Below, piece after piece: positions 13,074-24,379 of a stretch of 64,000 nt of DNA. The stretch lies in assembly GCA_021613535.1 (NCBI GenBank), contig CP075492.1:14818001-14882000 (forward strand), given 5' to 3'. The notes below the pieces were generated by a model. The model saw nothing but the letters and a program-made list of their open reading frames with translations, searched no databases and was not told where the DNA came from. Origin of the DNA: Adineta vaga. Lineage: Eukaryota > Animalia > Rotifera. Position 1 is the first letter of the stretch. Every line of letters begins with the position of its first letter. The translations under genes and the position numbers were made by a program.

Positions 13074-13888
13074 TAATGATGATGAAGATTTCGAGGATTA
13101 TAATAATCTTCTCAAAAATACTAAATGGATTAATACGATCTTAAATGCAAATGCTACCGAGGAAGAATCATCAGGTGATTGCAGTGTTGGTGTAATTGTC
13201 GATAAATTTGGTAACAATAACGGGCAGCGACTCATTTTAATTCAACGAGTCAAAAAATTACACGCTTGGGATATTATCACTGCTATCATGATTATGGATC
13301 TCCAAGATGGTCAAGCTCGATTTGCAGTGAGACCCAATGTTACAGGTAATATAAACGAAACATCTTTTGCTAACGAAATTCTTCTCTAATAAGTTTAAAA
13401 TCTTCTAAATTAGATGCGCGTTTCTGAAGTATTCATGCACAAATGATGTGTTGTGAAAGATATTTATTGCATATTAAGATATCTAATTCTTTTACATATG
13501 ATAAACACTTATTGAATGTAATCGATATTATAATAGGAATGGTAATAATAGTTTCTACGATAATTTATATAATTACGATAGATTTTGAAATAAAATTGCA
13601 TAGATTACCCGAAAATTGCAATCGTTGACATTAAATTGTTAATCTGAAAATGTAATTAGTAATACAATCGACTGTTACATAAGGATTTGTTGTGAAATTT
13701 TTATTTCTGTGGATATCAAATCATTTTTTTCATAAATAAACTACATACATATTATTTATTTGTATAGGTCCATCTTCCAAGGTTGTCGAATTTTGTTTAA
13801 AATGCATCAAGAAATTTGGCAACGATGCACACTCTGTCAATGCTATTGAGATAGATGAATTAGCATGTGAAGAACTATTCAACTATCA

Positions 13889-14535
13889 GTAGTGTCAAAC
13901 TCGAAAGTTGAATTCAACTATTCAACTATTCACTTCAACTATACAACTATTCAGTTATTCAGTTGTTCAGTTACTCGACTATTCAGTAATAGAGGGCGTG
14001 CGCAACAGTCAGCGTAGGCCACACTCTCTAGACTCGCAGTATATGCTGCACCATGGCACAACTATCCTTGAAAATATGTCGCACAATTTTTGTGCCCTTA
14101 TAATAAACCTCCATTAACTTTGGTGCTTTGCTAAATGTCTTTATAAAACTGGTCTCCCGTAGGAAAATGTCCTGTATTTTTAGTTTCGAGAATTTCCAAT
14201 CAAACAGTGCCCGAAATATTGATCACTCTGTTGTTTAGTGGAAATGCTTGCTATTTCATATGATGAACGCTGAGATTTACCTATATATACAATCGGTGAA
14301 TGAAAAGGAAATCTGATAATTGTATTTGTACTGATCATATCCAGCTCTTATTCTAAGATAGGAAAGTCAAATACTTTCTAGTGAGATCGTGTGATTCCTT
14401 TACGACCAACTAAATATCAGCATCGCTATCATGTTCAGCACTTTCATTATCAGCTTCACCCTCAATTCACCAATAACCCGTCACACCCTCATCATTGAAT
14501 ACATGAATACTTGAATTCAACTTTCAAGTATTACA
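13889..14535. mobile_element. Degraded MITE/hAT-like element with subterminal 8-mer repeats
   Basis: Left TAGTGTCAAACTCGAAAGTTGAATTCAACTATTCA matches the reverse complement of the right end, TATGTAATACTTGAAAGTTGAATTCAAGTATTCA. Tandem ACTATTCA/GTTATTCA units lie at ~13915-13985. Confidence 0.55.
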
Positions 14536-14894
14536 TATATATCAACTATGATTCTTCAATGTTGAATCGACTTGAACAAAAATTAAGTAGCACAGAAAAA
14601 AAACTTGATGAAAATGATATTGAAATGTGTGGTCTATGATCATTATTAACAGCAATAGCAATGGTAGTAAGATCAAGATCTGCTCATTTTTGTCAATTAC
14701 GCAAGAAGAATAAAAACATAAATAAACATACATAAAGATCAATTAGTTACATCATTTTTATCGGATAAATATGAGTTGTAGAAAAGCATAAAAATGATAG
14801 TCTACTGGAAGAAAATAATTTTATACAAATAATGTAAGAGGGTGTGGGTGTGGGTCTTTTATGCATTGTCATTCATACCAACACCCACATTCTG

Positions 14895-15080
14895 AAGATC
14901 AGCATAAGCATCTACTTGTTGCACCAACAATCTTCGTTCTTTTAGCATTACCACGTTTGATTCTATCATTTATATCAAATTGCATGACATCCAATGGAAA
15001 TGCATGGTTACCATTGACAGGCTATTTTGTTTCATCGATTCCACCAATACTTACTCTTCTCATATTTGTTGCTCGTTGGA
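14895..15080 (+). pseudogene. Fragment of a 7TM GPCR C-terminus (TM6-TM7)
   Basis: QHKHLLVAPTIFVLLALPRLILSFISNCM...WLPLTGYFVSSIPPILTLLIFV has two hydrophobic helices. No upstream TM1-5 region is visible. Confidence 0.5.
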
Positions 15081-15333
15081 AATCCGCCCGGTCTATTTGA
15101 TTGAAAGTGTCGTTAATGAAGAGATAGAGTTATATCTGATTTTTTCGCTTTTTTTACCTTGATCGTCTCTTTTTTACCGCTTTTGATTGACGACTCTATA
15201 CACGTGGCTAAATGATACTTATTGACATATAGTATCGACTCCTTTGAATATGCTTATATTGTGATTGATTGTGTTTTGTGAAGCATAAAATAAACACGAG
15301 TGAAATATCATTCTCAAAGAGTATATCAATAAG

Positions 15334-18232
15334 ATGAAGCACTCAGCTGATGTAAGGTATGGTACACAAAACCGTTCTTCAGTATCAAATCAAAGTGGAA
15401 TATTAAGGTATAGTATATCTTTGTTATTTATATTTTCATAATGATATCATATATTTGTAAGGAAAAATCAATGGATTCTGGGAATAATGATGATAGGATT
15501 GCTTATTTTAAGCCTGATCTTTCTCTCTATGTATATAAAGAAATCGAATCCAAAAAACATCGATTCAGGTAATTTTTTTGAATGTTTTATTTTTACAACC
15601 AAAAAAGAAACAATTTAATTTTTAGTACCATATTCTCTGGTAATTATTACTTATCGGAGCAATCTAACAAATACGAATTCGCGAGCAGTTACTATCACAC
15701 AATCATTGATAGATGACGTATGGTTTTGTTTATAGTTTAGATGATATCAATACGTTATTCTTGTTTTTATAGTTTATGAATGCTTTTCATTTCAAAGAAC
15801 TTCGTTTTCACTCTGCTCGCTTTAGGCCTATGTCAGAAGAAAGATCGTCAGACAAGTAAGTAAAATAACTACGTAATACTGGTAGACCATATAGCGATCG
15901 AAATTTTCATATTACAGTATCGACAAAATTCAATGTCAAGAAGATGTAGAAATAATCGGAGATTTATTTGAAATGAAATTTTCGGTCGAATATCCATCGG
16001 ATTGTCATAATATTAATTGCAAAGATGAATTCATGACTAGACTTCACTATGAAATCGCTAATCAGTATCATACAATGATTCTTTCAATGAAATTGACCAC
16101 TAATGATGTGAATAATATTTTATTAACTTTTTGTTCGTTCCATACAGATTCTACAGGTATGTAGATTATCGTTTTTCAGTATGTGAGAAAAGTGCATACT
16201 TTGTTATTCAGATAATTACAAGACTTCGGTTGATAAGAGGATGAATGGGATTACAAGAATAGTCATCGATTCATTTGAGAGTCCAACATTTGACGGAAAA
16301 ATATTTGATAATATAGGTGCCTATGAAAAGCTTCGTGGTACAGCATATGGTCAGTTAGATCCAATGAGTGACTATAATAGCATAATCACCGATTTACAAC
16401 TTGCGCCTCGTAATGCAGCTGGTATGGTGCAATATTCAATGGATTTCTATATTCTCAAACCAATAAATCAGTTTCGTGGAAACCATAAAATCTTCTTTGA
16501 AATTAATAATCGTGGTCGAAAACTATTTGGTAAATTCGCTCAAATAACAGGTGGTAACAATCCAAGGACAGAAAATGATGTTAAACGAGCGTTTTTATTA
16601 AAACAAGGTTATACGATTGTATGGAGTGGTTGGGATCCTAGTGTGTCACGAACTGATGATCCAAATTTGTTACGTATCAATTTACCGATCGCAAGAAATA
16701 TTGATGGTACATCAATAACAGGTCCCGTTTATGAATATATCGTTTTTGATAATCCAACAAGTACATTCTACACAACTTCATACAATACAAATAGTACAAA
16801 TACGAATGTAGCAACACTTTCAATGAAACATCATTTAACTGATACTCCAATCATCATTCCATCGACGAATTGGATATGGACAAGTAATAATACAATAGCT
16901 CTACTACCTTTGAATAAAACATTTCAACAAAGTTCAATTTATGAATTGACATATACAGCAAAAGATCCATATGTAGCAGGAATTGGATTTGCAGCGACTC
17001 GAGATTTTGTTTCATTTCTACGTAGTACAAGATCTGATAATCCGTTAGCAGGTGACATTACTCGAGTTATTTCTTGGAGTCAATCTCAACCAGCTCGTTA
17101 TATGAATGATTTTCTCTGGTTAGGTTTTAATAGAGATTCGACAGGAAAACGCGTATTTGATGGTGTATTTAATTGGATCGGCGCGGGCAATGGTATTGGT
17201 CTCAATTATCGTTTTGCACAATCACAACGAACCGAACATAATCGTCAAAATCATCTATATCCTGAAGCAATATTTCCATTTACTTATAAAATTCTCGCTA
17301 ATCCTTTTACTGGTAAAATAGATGGTCGAAATGCCCGATGTATGCGAACGAGAACATGTCCAAAGATTATAACTATTAATTCAGCCAATGAATATTGGGC
17401 AAAAACAGGTTCATTGTTACATTCCGATCTTGAAGGCAATGATCTACTCAGTACAACAAATGTACGATACTATCTGATTTCTGGTACACAACATAGTGAT
17501 CCATCAATGGCTAACTCACGTGGAATTTGTCAGCAGTTTGGTAATACTATTGATCCAACTCCTGTCCTGCGTGCTCTTTTCATAGCATTGAATCAATGGC
17601 TCGATGGTAGAGAGCCACCCACTAGTTTAGTACCAAATCATTTGAACGGAACTGCAACATTATCTGTGATCACTCATCATTCATCACTTGGAATCGGTAG
17701 TGTATCGCAAAGACCATTGCGTTGGCCAACTATTCCTAATGTACTCTATACAGGTTTAATTACAGTTCGTAATCTATTTAACTTTGGATCAGATCACGAC
17801 AAAGGTATTATTCATATCAATCCACCTCAGTCAACAGGCAAATATTATCCATCTTTTGTCTCAAAAGTCGATCAAGATGGTAATGAACTTGCTGGAATAC
17901 GACTTCCAACTATTTCTGTACCCGCGGCTACCTATACTGGATGGAATCATCGTCTGATGGAATATGCCGGTAATGATGGATGTGAAGCAACGGGTTCCAT
18001 CATTCCTTTTGCACCTGATCTAATCACACGAATGGCAAAAGGCGATACTCGTTTATCACTAACAGAACGTTATGGTACTCATGATAAATATGTAGCAGCT
18101 GTAGCTTTAGCTGCTACTACACTTGTCAATCAACGATTTTTACTTTCGACAGACGTTCAAGAATATATTGATACTGCAAAGTTGCCGATTCAAATTATCA
18201 ATCATCCAACTTATGGAAATTATACTTGGTAG
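15334..18232 (+). CDS. Chimeric 871-aa type II membrane protein: spliced N-terminal anchor/ectodomain plus bacterial-type alpha/beta hydrolase (Abhydrolase_10-like); 6 exons
   Basis: Exons 15334-15407, 15462-15568, 15626-15717, 15773-15855, 15918-16156 and 16212-18232 are joined by five GT-AG introns of 54-62 nt that keep one open frame. TM segment WILGIMMIGLLILSLIFLSMYI. Last-exon motifs NNRG, SGW, GFAATRDFVSFLR, SQSQPARY, EYW, GTQH and VDQDGNELAGIRLP. Confidence 0.85.
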
Positions 18233-18737
18233 TTAAATTTCAATTTACAAGAAAAACTAAACTTTATTCTCTAGATAATAAATATAAATAGAAAAACGTT
18301 TCAATGTTTATTGATGAAGTTTTTGTGATTGTATAGAGATTCTATTTAACATTGATGATTGTTTTGAGAGTGTAAGAGTGAATGCCTTGTATTTCGCTAT
18401 ACGCTCTACACCCAAACTTGACTCAATTTTTTACAGTTAAAAGCAAATCAAATTTACATAGAAGAGATACACTTCGAGATAAGAAAAGTTGGGAGGGAGA
18501 GAATGACACTTTTTCTTTGTCTTAACACGTATAATGTCTCTAGATAAATATTTTCTCGATATTAAGTGTACTATTATTATATAAAATACAGCCAATAGAT
18601 TTCAGTGGCAGTATTTTATATAATAATAGTACAGCGTTGAGACCTCATCGTCATCTTTGTCTCGAAAACGAATCTTACCGAACGTCATAAATCGTGCAAC
18701 CTGAATTCGAACTATTTGAACTCATTTAGTCACTGTA

Positions 18738-19424
18738 ATGGAATTAAATTTATCACATCTTCATCATATATTAATAAAAGAAATCGTTCAAAACAGTCAT
18801 GTACCTACGATTGCAAATCTTTCCACAATATTTCAACGATCAAAAGAAGACATAATTCAATGTCTGAAAGATCTTGAAGAATATCATGGTGTTGTATTAC
18901 ATCCTAAAACATCTGAAGTCTGGATCATTCATCCATTTTCATTATCGCCGACTAATTTTTGGGTCGAATCATCTCAAGGTCAATGGTGGGGAAATTGTGC
19001 TTGGTGTAGTTTAGGTATTGCTGCACTTCTTAATCAAGACACAACTATTACCACAACACTTGGCGGTGAATCAAAACAAATTAAAATTCATATTAAAGAT
19101 GGTCAATTAATAGCAAATGAACGTTTATTTATTCATTTTCCTATTCCGATGAGAAATGCTTGGGACAATGTTGTCTTCACTTGTAGTGTCATGCAAGTTT
19201 TCACATCAGAATCAGAAGTAGATAATTGGTGTCAACGACATCAAATACTCAAAGGTGATATTCAATCGATTGAAAATATTTGGAATTTTGCTCGTGTATG
19301 GTATGGAAATCATCTAAATCAAAATTGGGCCAAATGGACAAACGAACAAGCAAAATCTATTTTTGCAGAATTTAATTTAACACATGATATTTGGAGAATT
19401 CCTCAAACGAATTCAAGATTTTGA
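18738..19424 (+). CDS. Alkylmercury lyase (MerB)-family protein, intronless, bacteria-like
   Basis: N-terminal winged-helix-like segment, then HPFS..PT, WWGNCAWCSLG (MerB WCALD-equivalent), VFTC and F.SE.EV..W. Confidence 0.75.
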   Translation: MELNLSHLHHILIKEIVQNSHVPTIANLSTIFQRSKEDIIQCLKDLEEYHGVVLHPKTSEVWIIHPFSLSPTNFWVESSQGQWWGNCAWCSLGIAALLNQDTTITTTLGGESKQIKIHIKDGQLIANERLFIHFPIPMRNAWDNVVFTCSVMQVFTSESEVDNWCQRHQILKGDIQSIENIWNFARVWYGNHLNQNWAKWTNEQAKSIFAEFNLTHDIWRIPQTNSRF

Positions 19425-19453
19425 TCTATTAAGAATATATCAATAAAATAGAA

Positions 19454-19909
19454 CTATTTAATAGATTTCGTAATAGAAACAATCGAATTAATATAATTTT
19501 CAGAAAATTGATGTTCTCGTGCACCATCAATAATTGTTTGAAGATATTCATTTGATGGAAGAAAATCGTTTTCTATATTTGTTTCATCAATAAATGTGAT
19601 TGCTCGAATAATTGATTGATCATTTTCAAGTTCAATATCAACTTCTATCACTCGATAACCAGGTTCTGTTTTCAATAGATACTCTCGATGTTTATTACTA
19701 ATCACATAAACTAATCCATATACATACGCGCGCTTCTTTGGTACAATATTTGCTCTTCCATCCCCATTGGGTTGCATATGATTAAAACGAAATTGATAAT
19801 CATTTAATCGACCAGCATGAATACTCAATGGGTGGTCACCACCGATTCTTTCTTCTAATAAACTTTCTTTCAAATTACTCGCATAACCAAAATAATTAAA
19901 TTGATTCAT
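19454..19909 (-). CDS. Gamma-glutamylcyclotransferase (GGCT/AIG2-like)
   Basis: Motifs YFGYASNL, GRANIVP, VYGLVY, catalytic E in KTEPGY, and PSNEYLQTIIDGAREH. Likely start MNQFNYFGY. Confidence 0.85.
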   Translation of the reverse strand: MNQFNYFGYASNLKESLLEERIGGDHPLSIHAGRLNDYQFRFNHMQPNGDGRANIVPKKRAYVYGLVYVISNKHREYLLKTEPGYRVIEVDIELENDQSIIRAITFIDETNIENDFLPSNEYLQTIIDGAREHQFSENYINSIVSITKSIK

Positions 19910-20106
19910 TTCGATATAAAAAAACGAAACGAACAACGAGTTTCTTACCGATTTGTTGACTTTAAATCTTGAATGTGATTTATCTCACAATCTTATCTGA
20001 CGAAAAGGTATGTGTATAGCAAGAAGAGCAAATAAAACGACTGCATTTTCTTCAACTAACTTTATCTTAGGAATTTGTGACAATGCATGAACAAAATCAT
20101 ATTCAT

Positions 20107-20841
20107 TTAAACAGAACATGACGTGTAAAGTTCGTCAATTTTCTCGGGAGTTAAAATATGATCATAGATAGCTAATCCACCAAGTTGTCCAACAAACCAA
20201 TTACCCATTGAACCACTACGAAATACTGAACCAACAGTAAAATCGGCACCTTGTTCTCCACCATCATGAATAACACAGGGCCAAAAATATGGACTTAATC
20301 CGGGTCGTTGATCAAATTTTCCATTCAAATATACTTTAGCCCAATTTCCATCGAATGTAACCGCAACTTGTTGCCATTCATTTTTCGGAACAGCAGTTTG
20401 TCCAATCGCTGCTTCCATACAATAGGGATAATCAGGACTAGGAGCTCCAGTAGAAGAAAGATGACAACAAACTTGATTAGCACTATTCCATATACCAAGA
20501 TTGAGAAAAAGACAATATTGTCTTGCTTTATTGGTTTCATTCCACACACCAGCAATAGTTTCGCATTCTTTATTGCTCTTTTGTTTACGTTTAATCCAAG
20601 CGATGATAGTAAACTGTGTTCCTGGTCCATGTAAATTAAGACCAGGACACGATGCACGTGGAAGATTAAACCATTGTCCTTCTTTCAATTCAGCTGAAAA
20701 CGGTCCAAGAATTCCATCTTTAACCTGAGCAATTGGACCATTCATTTCTTCTAATGCATATCTATATTGTCCATCTGATTCTCGACGAGAACCTGTTGGT
20801 TCTTGAAAAAGCCATCGACATAGAGGAGCACTACTTGCCAT
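20107..20841 (-). CDS. LamG/concanavalin A-like lectin domain protein, intronless, bacteria-like
   Basis: Motifs FTIIAWIK, WQQVAVTFDG..AKVYLNG and F.GQLGGLAIYDHILTPEKI match the Laminin_G_3 pattern. Confidence 0.82.
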   Translation of the reverse strand: MASSAPLCRWLFQEPTGSRRESDGQYRYALEEMNGPIAQVKDGILGPFSAELKEGQWFNLPRASCPGLNLHGPGTQFTIIAWIKRKQKSNKECETIAGVWNETNKARQYCLFLNLGIWNSANQVCCHLSSTGAPSPDYPYCMEAAIGQTAVPKNEWQQVAVTFDGNWAKVYLNGKFDQRPGLSPYFWPCVIHDGGEQGADFTVGSVFRSGSMGNWFVGQLGGLAIYDHILTPEKIDELYTSCSV

Positions 20842-21116
20842 TTACGTAGTTAGAATTTGATGCTTAACTCTGATAAAAAAAACTGCTGACTATACGCGAA
20901 CAAGACTTATAGGCACAGAATTCTTATCATAATCATGTTTTTTTTGTTAAAGATGATATCGGTGTTCTGTTCGTTGAGAGTATCTTTTGCTGAATGAAAT
21001 ATGCATTGTTAGTATTCTAATGATCAACTATAATAGTATATGATTCTGTTGATTAAAAAGCGTTTAAAAATGTTTTATTCAATAAAACAAAACTTACATA
21101 TAATAAACTTTAGTTT

Positions 21117-22826
21117 TTATATATTCGAATCTGTTTCAATATCGTCATCAGCAGATTTATCATAAATTGATCCAAAATCAAAGTATTTATTTGATGTTGA
21201 TGCATTCATTTCAATCCATAAATGTATTTCTTTATCTATAGTTCCAAGTTTTATCGCTAATAATTTTGAACAATTTGATAAAACTACTAGGAAATCATTG
21301 AGAGTCTCGAAATCACATTTGAGATATTCAACATTTGAAAATGTTTTTGAAAATAGATCAATTTTATCTGATCGAATATAAAAGTCATTCCAACTTGATC
21401 CCTTTGAAATTTCTAATGTTTTTATTTTTTTATTTAAACATTTGCATAATTGATGATTATCAAGATATGATATCAATTGATGTTCAGGTATTGTTAATGA
21501 GGATACATATGGTAATATATTTATTAAATTTAATAAAACTGACGATGATAACATTTATGGTCTTGTAGCAATTTCCAGATGTTTAATATTCGATAAACAG
21601 ACAATTCGATTTAGGTTTCGTACATCTGTTCGTTTTTGTTTGTAAAGATTTGATTCAGCAATACCAATACAATCAGTTGTTAATTTTAATGATTTCACAT
21701 TTTTGAAATAATATGATGAATAATAACGAATCGCTGTTGTCGGTATAGATAATTTATTGACATTATCAAATTGATCGGAACTATTCTATCGACAATCATC
21801 ATTTATTATAGTATATTCATTTGGTATATATGGAATTGTATAGATTGATACTGAGTCATAATTGATTTCGTAATCGGTATACCAATGATGTTGTTTATGC
21901 CAGAAATCACTTCGAAATTGTTTATATTTAACTAAATCTTCATTACAATATAAAAAATGAGAATAATCATTGAAGTAGAACTTGAAAACATGTAAGGATG
22001 GTAAATAAGATTCAATTAGATGTTGTCATCGATTAGGATCGATTATTTCAAGATTATTATTAGCACATATTGAAAAGATTTTTAAATTTGGTGTATGTTG
22101 TAATAATAATTCCAAGACTTGAAATCTAACTTGACAAGAATTGATAATGAATTGTTTTAAATGCATTGCATTTTTGGTACCTAATTCATTTATTTCATCA
22201 CTATAAAAGTATTCAATTTTTAAATACTTCAATATTGGTGTACATTCGAATAATTTGTATAAACTAGACAAATTACAACAATGAATTGATAATGATGTAA
22301 AGGATTGTGTATCATATATTGATGTTGAAGAAATACGAATATTTGGTATTGTTATTTGCTGTACAGATGATCGTACTGAATCAGACTTTACTTCTGAATA
22401 TTGAAATTTCAAGAGAATTCAAGACGGTTGATATAAATTGGATAAGAATGGCAATGTAGGGAATAATTGCCGAATAGAATCACCTTGGATATCAATTAGA
22501 GACAATGAACGAAGACCAATAAATCCATTCAATGAAAATAATGAGAGGAATGACTTAATTTGTCCATATGTTGGTTTGTTCGATAGTTGTAAAGAAATAA
22601 TATTTTGTTTGAGTTCTGGTTGAGATAAAAGTGTTTGACAAAATTCATTGAATTTGAATTTTTTGAATTCATGAAAATTGAGATGCAATGAACAATTTCG
22701 AAGAAGTGAATGAAAACGATAATTTACTTGATCAAATGAATGGAAAATATCTGGTGCATTTAGATATCGAAAACTTTCGATGAATATGTCATTTGGTAAT
22801 GATTCGAATGTCGTTTTACTAAGCAT
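21117..22826 (-). pseudogene. F-box/LRR-like gene with four in-frame stops
   Basis: N-terminal F-box TTFESLPNDIFIESFRYL. One frame runs throughout, interrupted by TGA 22419-21, TGA 22026-28 (at the W position of DPNRWQHLI), TAG 21786-88 and TAA 21555-57. Confidence 0.8.
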
Positions 22827-23107
22827 TTTCTTTGTTCATAATTGTTAGTATAAAAGAAGAAATATACTTATATATATATGTCGATATGTGATACGATAAA
22901 TTTAGTCGTTCTATCGAATTTTAACTTGGAAATAATGTATGGATCTTAAGCGACATCTGAAGATTGAGTCATCATAGCATGACAAATATACCTGTGATAA
23001 CATGTTTTTAGATTTTAGCATTTACTCATCATTTATTGTTTTTCGTTATCGAAAAAAAAATAGTAATATATAACATGATGAAAATGTTCTAAAAAATTTG
23101 TTCTTTT

Positions 23108-23386
23108 TCAATTGCATCGTCGTCCATTGGCGCAATTTGTGCATCGCTTGCTAGTGAATAGGCATTTATTTCCAATAGTTGCACAAGGTAATCCACCACA
23201 AGTCGGGAGAGAATTACAATCACAAAAGTTGTTCGTACATACACCACCATTGGCACAATCCGCTCCTTCACGAAGACATGGTAAACCGCAAGTAAGTAGA
23301 ATGCGTTTTTCTCTTGCAACAGTATCAGCAATACTACCACTAATCAGAAGAAAAACCAGAACAAATCCTTGAAAGAATAGAGCCAT
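23108..23386 (-). CDS. Secreted 92-aa cysteine-rich prepropeptide (12 Cys, two 6-Cys modules)
   Basis: Signal-peptide-like MALFFQGFVLVFLLISGSIA, dibasic REKR site, and mature ILLTCGLPC...TCGGLPC...CANGRRCN. Most of the upstream part of the computed ORF is transposon sequence. Confidence 0.75.
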   Translation of the reverse strand: MALFFQGFVLVFLLISGSIADTVAREKRILLTCGLPCLREGADCANGGVCTNNFCDCNSLPTCGGLPCATIGNKCLFTSKRCTNCANGRRCN

Positions 23387-24379
23387 AATCAAATAGACGG
23401 ATAATATAGTTACTTCCCAAGCAGACAAGCTTTTGGGAAAACGCGTGTAAACGCTGAAGAATTGCATTATTTCAGTGTTTAAACGCGTGTAGAAAAAAGT
23501 GGCTGTGTAAGCGCAAAGATACTAGCTTTATAGCTGTGAGCACGGGAGAAATTTTTTTGACCGCTATAAAGAGACGTGTAAACAGACTGAATATTGCTTT
23601 TTGTAACGTTTGACTGCCCGGTTCTTATTACAAGTGTGTAAATGTTTGAATATCTCAGATGTCACGCGTTAAATCTTATAGATTTGAATGAAACGAACTT
23701 CATTGTCAATCATAATGATGTACATGCTGGAAAATTGCAACTTCGTGCGTTTTATTTCGGAGAAAATTCTTTTCGCATCCTCCTGGGAAATATCAATGTG
23801 TTAATGTCAAAAAGGAGAAAATTAAATGCGTCTTGACGAATTCAATTCACGTTTACAAACTCTATCAATTTTTTGTTTACGTTACATGTTCAAAATCATA
23901 GTTTCTGCCGGAAAAAGGCGTGTAGATCCGATAAATGCTCCACATCAGAGCGTTTTAACGTATAAGAAAAAAACTCACATGATTATTGGTGTTAAATTAC
24001 CATTGTTATCGATTTAACACATATATCTTCCGTCATCTGTATTTCTAAGCTATGAAAACACATAAATTACTGATGTTTATCTTGATTACATGCTATAGTT
24101 TCTATTACATATTTCAAAACCATTTTTTATAAGTGCTTCAGGTACAGCTTTTCTTGATAAAACAATGATATACATATATAACATATATGAAATGCAAATA
24201 TGATATACATTCATGAAATTCGAAGTGAACTTCAACATATACAGTCCGTCTTTAATTTGACAAGATTGATTTTATCTAAAATAATGATAAAAAGGACTTA
24301 AAGAAAAACAACATATTTTCATGATGAAAAGAATGGTTCAACAAATTATCAGTATAACATGCATAAATGAGTGTTATTT

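Noticed and set aside
12510-13350. Exon-like fragments (KVMFRSTDVSK..., ...QRVKKLHAWDIITAI...) around the 12796 insertion
   Set aside because: No complete gene model or recognisable family could be built; probably a decayed gene.
4702-20841. Bacterial contaminant or intact operon
   Set aside because: Spliceosomal introns occur within and between the genes, composition is uniformly AT-rich, orientation is mixed and poly(A) signals are present.
21117-22826. Stop-codon reassignment or readthrough to explain four in-frame stops without frameshifts, possibly linked to the CTA in the odd tRNA loop
   Set aside because: All three stop types occur, neighbouring genes use the standard code, and CTA lies at tRNA positions 36-38 rather than the anticodon. 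Ordinary decay is simpler.
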